This document shows positions 46,508 to 58,479 of a stretch of 64,000 nt of DNA, in pieces. Both the position numbers and the translations under genes were made by a program. This stretch comes from Vicugna vicugna. Its lineage: Eukaryota. The DNA is taken from assembly GCA_013265495.1 (NCBI GenBank), contig MU058844.1, forward strand, positions 1,494,941 to 1,558,940. Direction: 5' to 3'. The notes beneath the pieces were generated by a model, which worked only from the letters and a program-made list of their open reading frames with translations, had not been told where the DNA came from and searched no databases. Within the stretch, counting starts at the first letter, position 1, and the number at the start of each line of letters is the position of its first letter.

Positions 46508-48109
46508 GCTTCCAATCAGCCCCATACAGTCATAGCTCTCATAACTGGTAATGTGCAGACAATGTATATTTTTTTAACCTGTCACTTCATTTTCATCAGA
46601 AAGATGTCAGCAGCTGCATACAGGTCAAAACAGAATTCCCAAAGTTAATAAGGTTAATTAAACTTTTGGTGGAATATCCTCAATTCTAAATCAGATTTAA
46701 TTAACTGGATACAAGACCCTATTCTCATTTTATCTTCAAATAACCCTTTGTAGGAGGTGCCATTATTGTGGAAAATGTAACTTCATCTTTAGAGAACTTA
46801 TCTGAAATCACATTGACTATTAAGTGGCAAGGGCAATATGTTAGCCCAGTTTTCTTGATTCCATATTCAGTCCTCTTTTTACTAAGCCAGAGGAGCCAGT
46901 GAAAATACAGACAGAACAATGCACCAGCTTTTGTTTACTGAGATTATGTCTTACTGTTCTGCCTGAGAATTCTAAGTAGTTCAGAGAAGCTCTCTGAATC
47001 ATCTGATGACACACAGTTCATAAGTATTCAGGGCATCATGGATTTTTCAAAGGCATAATGGGTAAATATTCTTCATGTTTCAAATTATAGTGCAAACATT
47101 TGCATTCTGATATTAATATTTATTGAATTTTTTGAGGTTCAATGAATAGTTCTCATGATAATTTCTAAATCTTTGGAAAAAGTTGCATTCATAAATAACA
47201 AGTTGTGTTATTATCCACATCTGTTCTCATTTTCTGTAGGCTTAAAATTTCTCTATTTATTGTGAGAGCCAAAAGAAATGGCTACTCACCAGTATCTCTA
47301 TCGAATTCTGGCCCATTTTCTCACTTAATTCTTTATTTGCCAGTGAAGTGCTTATCCAAAATAAATAAGGGACCTACTAAACTGCAATGATTAGCATGCA
47401 ATGAGTCTCAGATCCCATTTACGGAAACCAAGTAAAATCCAACGCTTTAGTTATACTGTGGTGATGTCAGCAACCCAATTAGGCTGTTATAACTGCAGGA
47501 GTTACTACTTTAATATCACATTAGCACATCATTAACTTGAACCATGCCAAAGCAGTATGAAAATGAGCAATTTTCATTTTTTAAAAGAGGCAGTATGAAC
47601 TGTTCCTGCTGCTTAAATTTGTTTCATGTGTGTGTGCTGGGATGGGGGTAGTAAGAGAGAGTGTGTGGAGTGGAGTTATATTTTAAATTAATAACAAGTT
47701 GCTCTTGCAAAGTGTGTGTATATTTAGAAATTAAATCTAAAGCATTTTTTAAATTAAAAAATGAGATGAATCCTTGTATATTAAATTTTTTTGGATACCC
47801 TTGTTAGCTGCCTGAACATATTTTCTGGATCAAGGTGGGTTAGAAACAAGCAAACATATCCTGCCCCTACCCCCCAAAAAAAACCTTAAAAAAAAAAAAG
47901 AGAAAGAAAGAAACAAACAAGCAAACAAGTATGTGAAATACTTCTACTTTACTATCTCCTAATTATATCTACTTCCTGAAGTCTTACTAAAAAATATTTT
48001 GAATGGATTAATAGAAAATGCTATTATTATCTACTAACTATGTGGCCAAATTCTCTTTTTAAAATTTGGCACACATATTCTATTTTATTTTTTTTATAAT
48101 TTCAAATTG

Positions 48110-48475
48110 TAAAATACTTTACAATTTCTAAAGCACTTGAATACATATTAGTATTATTTCATCTTCCCATAACCTTGTAATATGATCAGAGCAAACATCT
48201 ATATCTTCTTTCCATAAGTGAGGAAATTGGGTTTTGACACTTAAATGTTAAATGATTTCCTAGGTCACACAAATCCACTTCCATTGTTTGCTCCCTGCAT
48301 GACCTTGGAAAAATTACTACTCTGTACTCAGTTTTGACATCTGTAAAATGGGAATAACAAGCAGATATGTCTTGCAAGATTGTTGTGAGGAATAAATGAG
48401 ACAATCCATCAAAAAGCTGAGTACAGTGCCTGGAACACAATAAACATCTATAAATATTAACTGTTGCTATTTATA
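48110..48475. mobile_element. Two oppositely oriented MIRs (- about 48110-48280; + about 48285-48475)
   Basis: 'gtgaggaaattg ... gttaaatgatttcctaggtcacaca' and 'tgaccttggaaaaattact ... catctgtaaaatgggaataa ... ttgttgtgaggaataaatgaga ... acagtgcctggaaca'. Confidence 0.8.
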
Positions 48476-48559
48476 ATTGCTTTTGAAAAAATGCTAAAGA
48501 TAATGACATTACAGAAAAGTATTGAAACTTCTCTAATACTGTTGCCATGGACACTTGTA

Positions 48560-49850
48560 TAATGTTAAGTGTCAGCATGTTTTCTTTAGACTAGATTGAT
48601 TTGCTCACAGTTGGTTCTGCTCCCTTTACTCCTGGGGTTCATTCTTTCTTGCCGACATGTATCCATCAGTAGTTCTTTCATGAGGGTCTGTGAAGAGTAA
48701 AGTTGTTTATATTTTGTACATCTGAGAAAATCGCTTTTTTTTTCAAAAGAGAAAAATCACTGTTTTTTTTTTGAAAGAAAAAAAATCACTGTTTTTTTCC
48801 AAAAGAGAAAAATCACTATTTTTGCCTTCAATCCTAAATAATGGTTTCGCTGCAGGGAGACTGGTTGTTGCCCGGGAGGAAGCCGACGTCCACCTGATTG
48901 TCATTCCTCACTTGGCCATCTGTCTGTCCTCTCTGGTAGCTTTTAGGATCAGATGAAGGATCCTCTATATCCTTGTTGCTCGACTCTTTTCACTGTTGTG
49001 CACTGACATAGGGACTTTATTATGTTTGATGTCAGGCAACCACTTTGAATTGGATGCTCCTGTATATGTTGAAGTTAGTATCATTCAGAATATTCTTTTC
49101 CACCATTTCCTCTACTATCTTCTTCTGGAGGTCCTGTTAAGTATATGTTAGAACTTCTCATTCTGTACTTCCTGTCTCCTAACTCCTCAACAATATTTTC
49201 CCACCACTTAAAATTTTTCAGTTAAATATTTCACTTGCATCTTGGGTGATTTTCTCAGACCTATTTTTCATGTAAAGATAGCTAAGCCTAGTCTAACTTT
49301 TATTTCTAGAATTTCTATTTGGCTCTTTAAAGTCTGCCTATCTTTTTTTATGATCATTTACTGTTATTTACCTTGTTTTCTATTCCTTTCTTTATCTCCT
49401 TGAATAATAAAACATACTCATTTTAAGACTACATTCTGTTTGCTCTGTTCTGGAGTTCCTGGGATGTAATTTCTCCTGTTGTTTCTCCTGATTTTCTGCG
49501 ATTTGGTTTCCCTTTGGCACAGTAGGTTAGTGACTGTGTGCACATTTTGGCCTGAAAATGCTACATGGGCATCCCGTGTGCGTCTAAGTGATGTAGAGTT
49601 TTGGTAGGGGCAATGTCATAAGTGCCTTTCTGGAGCCCTGGAGAAGATAAAAGTCTTACACTGGGGTTTGCTCAAGTTCTGGGCTTGGAATTTCCATGTT
49701 CTTTGGGTCACATAGGAGTCCAGGTCCCACAGGCAGTGCAGGCTCAAGGCTGCAATCTGGCAGCACACTCTGTTTTTATCCATGGCCTTGATTGGACCTG
49801 TGTCCTGCTTGCTGTGATGTGCTGAATCAATGCGGCCATGGCCCCTCACA
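48560..49850 (-). mobile_element. Ancient L1M ORF1/5'-region fragments
   Basis: Antisense L1 motifs ('tttgccttcaatcct', 'tctctggtagcttttaggat', 'tcttctggaggtcctgttaagtatatgttagaacttctcattct'). Confidence 0.65.
48724..48824. repeat. Minisatellite, about 4 copies of a 25-28-bp unit
   Basis: Unit approximates AAAGAGAAAAATCACTG(T)n, with variable T-tract length. Confidence 0.85.
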
Positions 49851-50764
49851 CAAAATAGGCACCAAATAAATGCTAGCGGAATGAAGGTTTGCAGAACCAG
49901 GCTTCATAAACACCATTTGTACAGGCCAGAAACTCCTCAGAACTTACTGGCTTTAGTTGTTTCTTATGATTATTTACATTCCATGTGTCCTTAAAGAATT
50001 GTGTTTGTTTATATGAAAGCTGCTTTATAGTGAGTTTCACACTTTGTTAAATTATTTTTAAATTAAAAAATAATTGGAAGCTGAACAGATACTCTAGAAA
50101 TTTACATCTGAAGACCCCTTCATCGGCTCTTCTTACCCATCCCCACCCCTTCAGTAACAGTTTGCAAGTTTCCAGAACCAGGATGTTTGCTATTTTTAAA
50201 CTCTTTGGCTATACAGTTCAAATATGTAATACCATTTTATACCAAATTACTAAACATCAGGCCTGATCTTAAGTTAGAAAATAAATAGCGTGGAAAATAG
50301 TCTGAATATCTTGACTATTTTTTAATAGTGGTTTGCTGAGACTTATGAAGGAATAGCATGAAGTAGGATTTGCAAAGGAGCTGCCACACAGAAACTTGCT
50401 TTCCCGGAGGGCAACATTAGTAACATTTCAACGTGATTATGGCTGCTGGTACAGGGTACAGGTGAAAAGCAGCTGAGAAGAGAAAGGCCAGTATAGAGAA
50501 TTTAATTAGTCTATTGATGCAGCTGTCCCAGGGCTCTCCTTAGGCTTGTAACGTTGGCATTCTGATAGAAAAGCACACTAAACAAATAAGCAACTAGTTT
50601 GAATGCCACTTTTGGCGGTATGAAAACACAACAGCCCTTGTCCTTAAAGAGTATAACAACCTTTTTATTAGCTGTTTTATTATTAAACACATGGAATGAG
50701 TGATGTGCCATTAATTACTTCTTTTCATCGGGTTCTGGTAGATATAGGCCATCGACCCTACACC

Positions 50765-51070
50765 AACCAGGGAAGCGGTAGAGAGAATAGATGGAACTTG
50801 TCAGTGTGAGAACTAAGTTCCTGTCTCTGTTTTCACTGGTTAGAAGCTATAAGAGCGTGGGTGTTAAAGTTCTTTATTCCTTTGCTGCCTCCCCTGAAAA
50901 ATGAGGATAGTAAGGCCTCCCTTACAAAGTTACAGTAAGGATTTAAATAAGATAAGACATGCTGAGATGCTTCACAAGCTCTAAAGCAGCGGATCTCAAA
51001 GTGAGGTCCTGGACCAGCAGCATGGGCATCACCTGGGGACTTACTAGAAATGCAAATTCTTGAGCTACTC
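50765..51070 (+). mobile_element. MIR (about 50765-50985) followed by a partial MER5A (about 50987-51070)
   Basis: MIR: 'ctgaaaaatgaggatagtaa ... gtaaggatttaaataagataa'. MER5A: 'cagcggatctcaaagtgaggtcctggaccagcagcatgggcatcacctggggacttactagaaatgcaaattct'. Confidence 0.8.
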
Positions 51071-51074
51071 CAAT

Positions 51075-51210
51075 TCCTGATTCTGGTTCCTTCTGGAAGC
51101 CCTACCTCTTAGGACACCCTTATATCACTGTAATAAATTCTCTCTTTTTCTCTTAAGCTGGGGTCAGTGGGTTTTCTGTTGGCTGCAATTAACCATCTCC
51201 TTGGGTGATG
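51075..51210 (+). mobile_element. MaLR (MLT1J/K-like) LTR 3' fragment
   Basis: 'aataaattctctctttttctcttaagctggggtcagtgggttttctgttggctgcaa'. Confidence 0.6.
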
Positions 51211-51779
51211 AAAACATCTGCAGGCAAGTCAGCCCCCTCTCCCATAAAATCGTCCCCATGACCACTCTCTCTGGCTGCCCGGGAGCCCTTTATGTCTAAT
51301 CAACTTCATTTCCTTATCCCTTCCTCTGTAGTAAACTTGGTTGTTGGGATGCTGGATTAGATGTGCACTTACTTTTTCACTGCTCTCTCCATCTCTACAC
51401 ATCTGCACATACCTCCCTGCGCCCCCACCCCCACCCATGCCCCCCACCCACTGCCATGCTGCCTTCATGCAGGATGAGCAGAGCGTGTCAATAGCTTTTT
51501 TGTTGTTGTTTACATTTTGTAAAGTTCCATATCCTGACAAGCTTCCAGTCATCCTCCTTAAACATCATTACTACAGGTAAGAATTCATTGCTGTGAAACA
51601 GATTACCCTTTTAGTGGCTCTCGCAGTTAAACCAAAAGTAAAATTCAATCCCAAATCCCTACAGCCTAAACCTTAACATTCCAGCTTTATCTGCTTTCCT
51701 GTTCCATTGGATACCAAGACCGATACGCCCCATATCTCATCCCATAACCTCTCAAGGATGAATGAAAGATGTTTAAAAA

Positions 51780-52500
51780 CAGAATGATGGAAACTTAGAG
51801 TAGGAAGGTTTTCCCATTGCAGGAGTCCCTGCTACAACTTTCTTGCTTTTTGCTCTAACCTCATACACTTTCAGTGATGGAGGGTTGTGGGGCTTTAATA
51901 ATGAGTGCTTCCTTCTCTTAAAATAAAACCTACCACTTTATCATATCCAACTCTGCCCCATGGAGCACTTTAGAGCATACGTACTCCCTGTGCTCTACAA
52001 TAGCTTCATCTCCAAATTTTCCTTTTTTAGGGTAAACAATATTGATCTACTATAACTGTTTTTAAAATTTTTTTGATTTATTTTTTATTGACGCAACATT
52101 GGTTTATAATGTTATATGAATCTAATGTGTACAGCATTTTATTTCTATTCCTGTACACCCTACACTGACCACCAGAAATTCCCTCAATGAAAGAGGACCT
52201 TCTCCAAGACACATTATATTAAAATTGTCAAAAGCCCTTTAAGTGTTTTTGTTGCATAGGTTATAGTCATTAATATTCCTCTTCTGACCATGACCTTACT
52301 TCACAATGCCTTTCTTTAAAGTGGCCCTTGAAAATTGAACATAATAGTTGGAATGTGACTGGATATCCATCTCTATGGAAGTATCTTAGGACCATAGTTA
52401 TTTTTCTACCACTTTTGTCATTTTGCTGGCTCCTAAGATCTTTTTCACACTATACTGTCAAGTCGGGACTGCTGAATCCTGTAGTAGGAGTTTAAAACTA
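51780..52500 (-). mobile_element. CR1/L3 fragments, interrupted by an L1 at 52064-52236
   Basis: Very degenerate CR1-like 3' sequence ('acactttcagtgatggag', 'ttctttaaagtggcccttgaaaattgaacataatag'). Confidence 0.45.
52064..52236. mobile_element. Short composite L1: minus-strand 3' end joined to an inverted ORF1 fragment
   Basis: 52064 to about 52180 is poly(T) plus L1 3' UTR ('aacattggtttataatgttata ... gtgtacagcatt'). 52183-52233 on + encodes LNERGPSPRHIILKLSK (ORF1p PRHII motif). Flanks ctataactgttttt / ctttaagtgttttt match at 12 of 14. Confidence 0.65.
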
Positions 52501-52599
52501 GACAAGAACTGTAGGACTTATGTAACTAGCATTATAGCAACAGAATGTCACTGAGAAAAGTGATCCCCTTACACTTTCCATATGCCCTTACCCATTGAC

Positions 52600-53790
52600 T
52601 TGGCCACAACTGAATCCTCATTTCCTCCCCAAGTTTTACAGGCTAAGATGACCCTCTTCTTAAATCAGAACTCACCTCTCCACCTATGTAATTTATCCTT
52701 TCTTTCTCCCTGGGACCTTGTCTTCATTCTTCTGTCTTTTTTCCTTCTTTTCTCTTTTACTGGCTCTGCCACGTCTACTTCTAAACTGCTTCAAACCTCT
52801 TCTACTACAAATGAAACAATCTCTCCTGTAGCTCCTACCTTACCCCTTTCCTTTCTTTCATTTTCAAGCTTCTTAAAGAAAGTGCGTGGTACACTTATTC
52901 ATCTCTTTTATTTTTTAAAATATACTTTAACTTATCTTTTATCTCAACCATTCTACTGAAATTGTTCCTATTAAGTCTAACAATTGATTTGACTGTGAAA
53001 TTCAAAGGCCATTTTAAAGTCCCGATTTTAATCCGTGATATTGGATACTGTAAATCACTTTTCCTTATTGAAACTCTATTTCCATGGCTTTTATGACCCA
53101 GGACCCTTGTGGTTTTCCCTATATCTCTCTATCTTTTCCTGTTTCTTTATGAATTTCTGTTTGTCTTTGTGGCTTTTAACAGCTGGAGTGCCCACAGTTA
53201 ACACTGGACCAAGGAAAGTCTTGGGCTCCTCAACCCGGGTGTAGGCCTCCAGTCCTCTCCCTGTCCTCTTTTCCTCCTTCCTTGCCCATCACAGTCATCC
53301 TCCAGTTACTTTCTGAGCGATGCACGTGAAATGCAAGTCTGCACGTGCCGCTTCCTGGTTAAGACTCTGCTTTAGCTCACGGGCCTAAGTGGTGAGGTCC
53401 TCCTCTTTTAGGTGACAGTGTCTCCATGGCTCACTCTGCTTCTCTGGCATCATCTCTCATCGTGCCTGCTCTGCATTTTAGTGGCTAAAATACTCTGCAT
53501 GATCCATACTAGTTTTCACTTGTGTGTCACTCAGATTGTGTTCTCTGGCTGGAACAAAATCCTCCTTAGCTTAGAACAGATTTCACTGGGGCACCTGCCT
53601 GTATCCCGTCACTCTCCACTGAATGAGTTAGACGTTACTTCTCTGTACTTGTATGAAATATGCCTAACACTGCACTTTTCTTTTCTAAGAGTCTCTCTCC
53701 TCAATTAGACTGAGTATTGTGAAGAGCTGGGATAAAATGTTTTTCATTTTTTTGTATCTGTACCTCCTTAAAAAAGGACCTGGATGAATG
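52600..53790 (+). mobile_element. L2 fragments
   Basis: Long pyrimidine-rich L2 decay ('ctactgaaattgttcct', 'ttgaaactctatttccatggcttttatgac') ending 'tggatgaatga'; accounts for ORFs 52582..52959, 53035..53244 and 53412..53708. Confidence 0.65.
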
Positions 53791-53799
53791 ATTAACCAC

Positions 53800-54480
53800 T
53801 CTGTGGAAAATTTGCTATTTACATCATTCTACATTTTTATAAATATCATTGTACATTTATCTTTTATTATAGCTAGTTTGTCTTAGTCCAACATTCCAGG
53901 CTGTCCTGCTCTTTTTAATTCTCCAGTTGACCATCAGTGCTATTCTTTATCTTGCCATTCTTTGTGGTACTGGCAGATTAGCTATGCCAGCTTAGTCTCT
54001 GTCCAAATCATTAACAGCAAATGCTGAATGGGGTGAATCCTGTGCTAGAATTCTAGAGATGGTGAGTGGTATCCTAGCACCTAATGTCTCATTATTCTTT
54101 TTTTTTTCAAAAATTGCCAAAATAAACTCATCTTGGCCAAATAGCTCAATTTCAGATGGAATTCGATGCATCTTATTTCACCTACTGTCTTATATCTCCT
54201 CCTTCACAAATGTCTTACCTAACCTCTTCACCACAAGAGAGTGAAGAATAAATCTTTAATGAAACCTTATGTTACCACATGAGTCTCATTCTTCTACCAC
54301 TGAAAGCCCAGCAAAGAATTAAATGAGTTAAATACATTTTATTTGTTAATGAGGAATAAAAATACAAGAATATTACCATCTTCCAAGACTTTCCATATTT
54401 CTCCAGTAACACGGGTACCAGACTTTGAGAATCGTTGCTCAGTATTGCCTCTCTCTGAGTCATCTTAATCATGGACAATA
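53800..54480 (-). mobile_element. CR1/L3 fragment
   Basis: 'tctgtccaaatcattaacagcaaatgctgaatggggtgaatcc', resembling antisense CR1 RT sequence. Confidence 0.45.
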
Positions 54481-54509
54481 GTGAGAAATGTCACAGACGG
54501 GATAGCCAT

Positions 54510-55640
54510 AGAGGTTACTTGTTGAACATCACCATACTAGGTATTATGAAAAATACCAAGATGAGGGGAGCATGGTTCCTCAAGGCACTTACCACACCCA
54601 TGGGGAAGCAGACGTAAGTAATTGCTTATGACAGAAAGCAGAAGTGAAAATGGTATTTTGTGTAAGTAGAGAAGTAAGGAATTCCGGGTGTGGGTAGAGT
54701 ACAGGACAGGGAATCTGGGAAGCTGCTTGGCAGGAAGGGGACTGTCACTCCAGCTCTGAAAGGGGCCCGACTATCTGTAGGAGGTAAATGGGGAGTGGAT
54801 CGGTCACGCTGAAGGAGGGGTTGTACAAAGTCACAACAGTGTAAATGTATCTGATCTGTATCTACCCAGTCAGTGGGGCAAGAACTGCTGGGGATTGTCT
54901 TTGGCTCCTCCCCTCCATCTCCCCATGACATCTGTCACCAAATCCTATTGGTAACACTTTTACAGTCTCCCGAATCACCTACTGTCCTCTGTTCTCATTG
55001 CCACGTCCTCAGTGCAAGCCCCCTTGAGCTCGTTTGCTCTTTCCCACACAGTCACAACTGACTTCTCACTGGTTTGCCTGCTTCTGATCTCTCTCCATTC
55101 TAATTGCTGATACTCTGCTGCTAGATCCATCTTTGCCAAACCCCAGACTGATTGTGCGATTTCTCTGCTACAGCATTGATTATAGAATAGGGTTTACTTT
55201 CCTCTGTCTGTTCTTCAGGCCCTTCAATGTGTCATCTCAGCCCTCTTTCTACCCTAATGTCTGGCCTTATGCTCTCTGAGTCACCATGCATCTTACCTGT
55301 AATAAACAATTTTGCTCCCTAAATATGCCTTACTTTTCTCCTGACTCTCCATCTTTGTTGAAATTACCAATCCCAGTCTTCAATGTTTCCCGCCCTTCTC
55401 TCTGCTTAATTGATCCTCTGAGGCCAAATTCAATGTTACTTCCTTCTGGGAAGCTTTTCTCAACCCCTACCCCAGTCAAAATTAATCACTCTTTCGACAT
55501 TGCATTTGCCATGTACACCGTACTTTGTATCATAATGATTTATATTCATTCCCATTCTTCCACGGAACTGTAACCTCCTTGGAAAAAAAGGTCATGTTTT
55601 GGTTACTCTTGGCCTAGCAAAGTGCCCTTTCCATATCTGG
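54510..55640. mobile_element. L2 fragments (- about 54510-54840; + about 54890-55640)
   Basis: 'ttacttgttgaacatc ... ctaggtattatg ... ataccaagatga' and 'catctgtcaccaaatcctattg ... ctcactggtttgcctgcttct ... gaactgtaacctccttgg'. Confidence 0.7.
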
Positions 55641-56714
55641 CCCTCATTACTAATGTATAAAATATTCTCTTTTACTTATGAGTTACACTGTTTTCCAGAA
55701 TCAAACCTCAGTAAATTTTAAACTATCCTTGTCATGACATGACAGTCTGACATGTGCTGAAAGTCACTGAACATGGCTAATTATATGATGTGTTCTAAAA
55801 ATTAGATCCTGGCATGCCCAAGCTAGTTTATCATTTGGGAGATTCATAACCCTGACTTACTTGGAGACATGAGATTGTTTCTTTTTTTTTTTTTTTTTTT
55901 GCTACACCTATTTTTGAGAGTGTTTTCCTTTATAACTTGAAGGAAGCATGTCATACTTAAGAATAAATTATCTGACTCAGGCAAAAATACAAGATTAGGC
56001 TAAAGATATTTTCAGCATTCAGAAATAGGACACACTGAGGTCTTGGGAACTATAACATTAAATTGGGGTGGAGATATATTCAGTAGACTTTAAAATAATG
56101 TCTTATGATTGAGTGCATATCTCGTATCTGGCCCTATGAAGTATTTAGACTGATTTAAGATTTTCATTACAGTTTAACTGAAATATAGAACTAAAAGTTG
56201 AATTAGGGATAGGTGAGTAAATCATCATGGCCCTAGTTTTGGCCCAATTCCTTCAGCTCCTAGGAGATTTCTCCCTTTGTCATTAAGACAAAATAATAAT
56301 TGAACATTATATATATAGACAATGAGACTAATAATGAAATAATTATCTATTTCAGTCATGTGACTTCATGCTCTGAATGATTTTTTAAAAGCAACCTTTG
56401 TTGTAATTCATGATGTAAAATGTATAAATATTTAAATAAGCATTGAAACTGATAACAGATCGAGGTTTGTGCTTTAAAATCATATGAATTTTAATAGAAG
56501 AATATTCTAAACCCCTTTCCATATTTATGTTACTAAGAAATACTTGAGAGAATTTTGTACACTTCCAAACCTCCTCCCTCACCCAGCTGTCCAAAAATCA
56601 CTAGTCAGATACCACAGCAGACATTAAACAATGTAGAAGATATATCTATTTCCAATGAAGGAATATATATACGTATTCAGAGCACATATCTTCAATCATT
56701 GAAAGTTACTTTCA

Positions 56715-56836
56715 GTGTGGGGATGGTATAGCTTAGTGGTAGAGTTCATGCCTAGCATGCATGAGGTCCTGGGTTCAATCCCCAGTACCTCTATTAAAAA
56801 GAAAGAAACAAAGAAACCATTCTCTCCTCTCCAAAA
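56715..56836 (+). mobile_element. tRNA-derived camelid-type SINE (Vic-like), full length
   Basis: A box 'ggtatagcttagtggtagag', B box 'ggttcaatccc', A-rich tail. TSD aaagttacttt(c/g)a at 56702-56714 and 56837-56849. Confidence 0.9.
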
Positions 56837-58279
56837 AAAGTTACTTTGAACAAATAAATACCTAAAGGTACAGGAGAATATCTGCAGAGATATTCTGCTC
56901 AAAAGTCTCAATCACTTTGGTTTCAGAAAAATAATGTGATTTTTTTCATTAACAATAGCATAGAGCAGCATTTCCTTTTTATAATAAAACTATAAATTGT
57001 GGAGTATCTCAGCTAATACGATCAGCCTATCTTTATATGTAAAAAAGGAATTACATTGTAATCCATTACTTTGGGTGTTCTTTATAAAGTGATGCTCTTA
57101 GAAATGTATTCTATCCTAATTTTTAAAATTTTCTCTTGTTTATGTAAGTGTAATAAAATTTTTCTTCATTATTTCCTGGGAAGAACAAACATACATTAAA
57201 AACCTTACATTAAAAATATCAAGAGTAGAGTTTTTTGGGGAGAAATGCTCAATTTTTTGATTCCTGAAGTAATAGCTATGTAAATTAGACTGATTTTTAT
57301 AGAAAGAATATACGTTAATGTATAGCACGGAAAGTAAAGAAATGGCAAGGTAAATTTTGCTTTAAAAGTTAAGTTACATTGTGTATAAATGAGAAGCCAG
57401 GAGACATTATATCTAGAAATACTGTTAAGTGAGGACTAGTTAAAGGAAATGGGAATTTTGTCTTGAGAAAGGAAGGACTAGAGAGATACAATTTTTGCAT
57501 ATAAAATCTTACATTTAAAATCTTCCCTGGAAAAGGACAAATAGAGCTGTTGAGGATTACACAGACTGGCTCTTGTATGTTGCAGTCACTCAGCCTGCTT
57601 TGTCCTGCTAACACTGGGATGTGCTACAAATCAGGGACACACTGAGTCCAGAGGAGGACGATGGAGTTACCAAGCAGATGGTCGAGGGCTGTGAAATCAC
57701 ATCAAAAGTATTAATGATGGTCTTGTCCTCAATTCCAGTGTTTCTACAGAATCTTACTACAAGCAGCGATGGCAACAATAATACCAGGATTGTAATCCCT
57801 TCATTCTTTTAAGTACTTCATTGACCGTATGTATTTTAAAACAAATGTACTATGGCAATAAAGCAGCAGCCATTCTTAGGTTGTTTTTACTTAGCCATTT
57901 AAAAATATCCTACCTACAAACACAAATATACTTTTACATGGAAAGAAAGACAACTCTAAGATACTGATGTAACCAGAATGATTCAATCTTTGAAACAAAG
58001 ATATTATTTCAGAGAATAAATGGGGCTCAGCTGAGACAGGTATAAATTGCGTCTCACAAATAAATGGAGATTTTAATGGGTCTCATTTTATTGTTCAACT
58101 GAAATTAAAAATCTAACTAGTTCTTTTAAATCTCTTAATGATTATTTTCTCCCTATTTCGTTTTGCCTATTAGAACTGCTCTTTTGCCATGAGATATTCC
58201 CTTTCAAGTTAGGGTGACACATGAAAGTGAATGCATTCTTGATCAAATTTTGTTTGATGATTCAAGAAATACCAAAGCT

Positions 58280-58318
58280 ATATATGTGTGTGTGTGTGTG
58301 TATATATATATACATATG
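58280..58318. repeat. (TG)n(TA)n microsatellite
   Basis: Directly visible. Confidence 0.9.
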
Positions 58319-58479
58319 AATCTAGAAGTTACATATGTATAAAAATAGTCTTTCAGAGCAAACTGTTCAATAGTAGCCATGTATAAAATTATTCACAATA
58401 TTAATCTCATAGATATTTGCTGTAAGTAGACATCTATAGGAAATCATTTAAGGTATATAAATTATATTTTAATAAAAGC

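Noticed and set aside
46979..46998. Short inverted repeat TTCAGAGA-AGC-TCTCTGAA
   Set aside because: An 8-bp stem is expected by chance at this sequence length.
48724..48824. CRISPR-like repeat array
   Set aside because: Head-to-tail units with no unique spacers, a eukaryotic context and no cas genes.
56715..56790. tRNA gene
   Set aside because: It has A/B boxes but is followed by an A-rich SINE tail and flanked by a TSD, and a related copy exists at 33.7 kb. It is a SINE.
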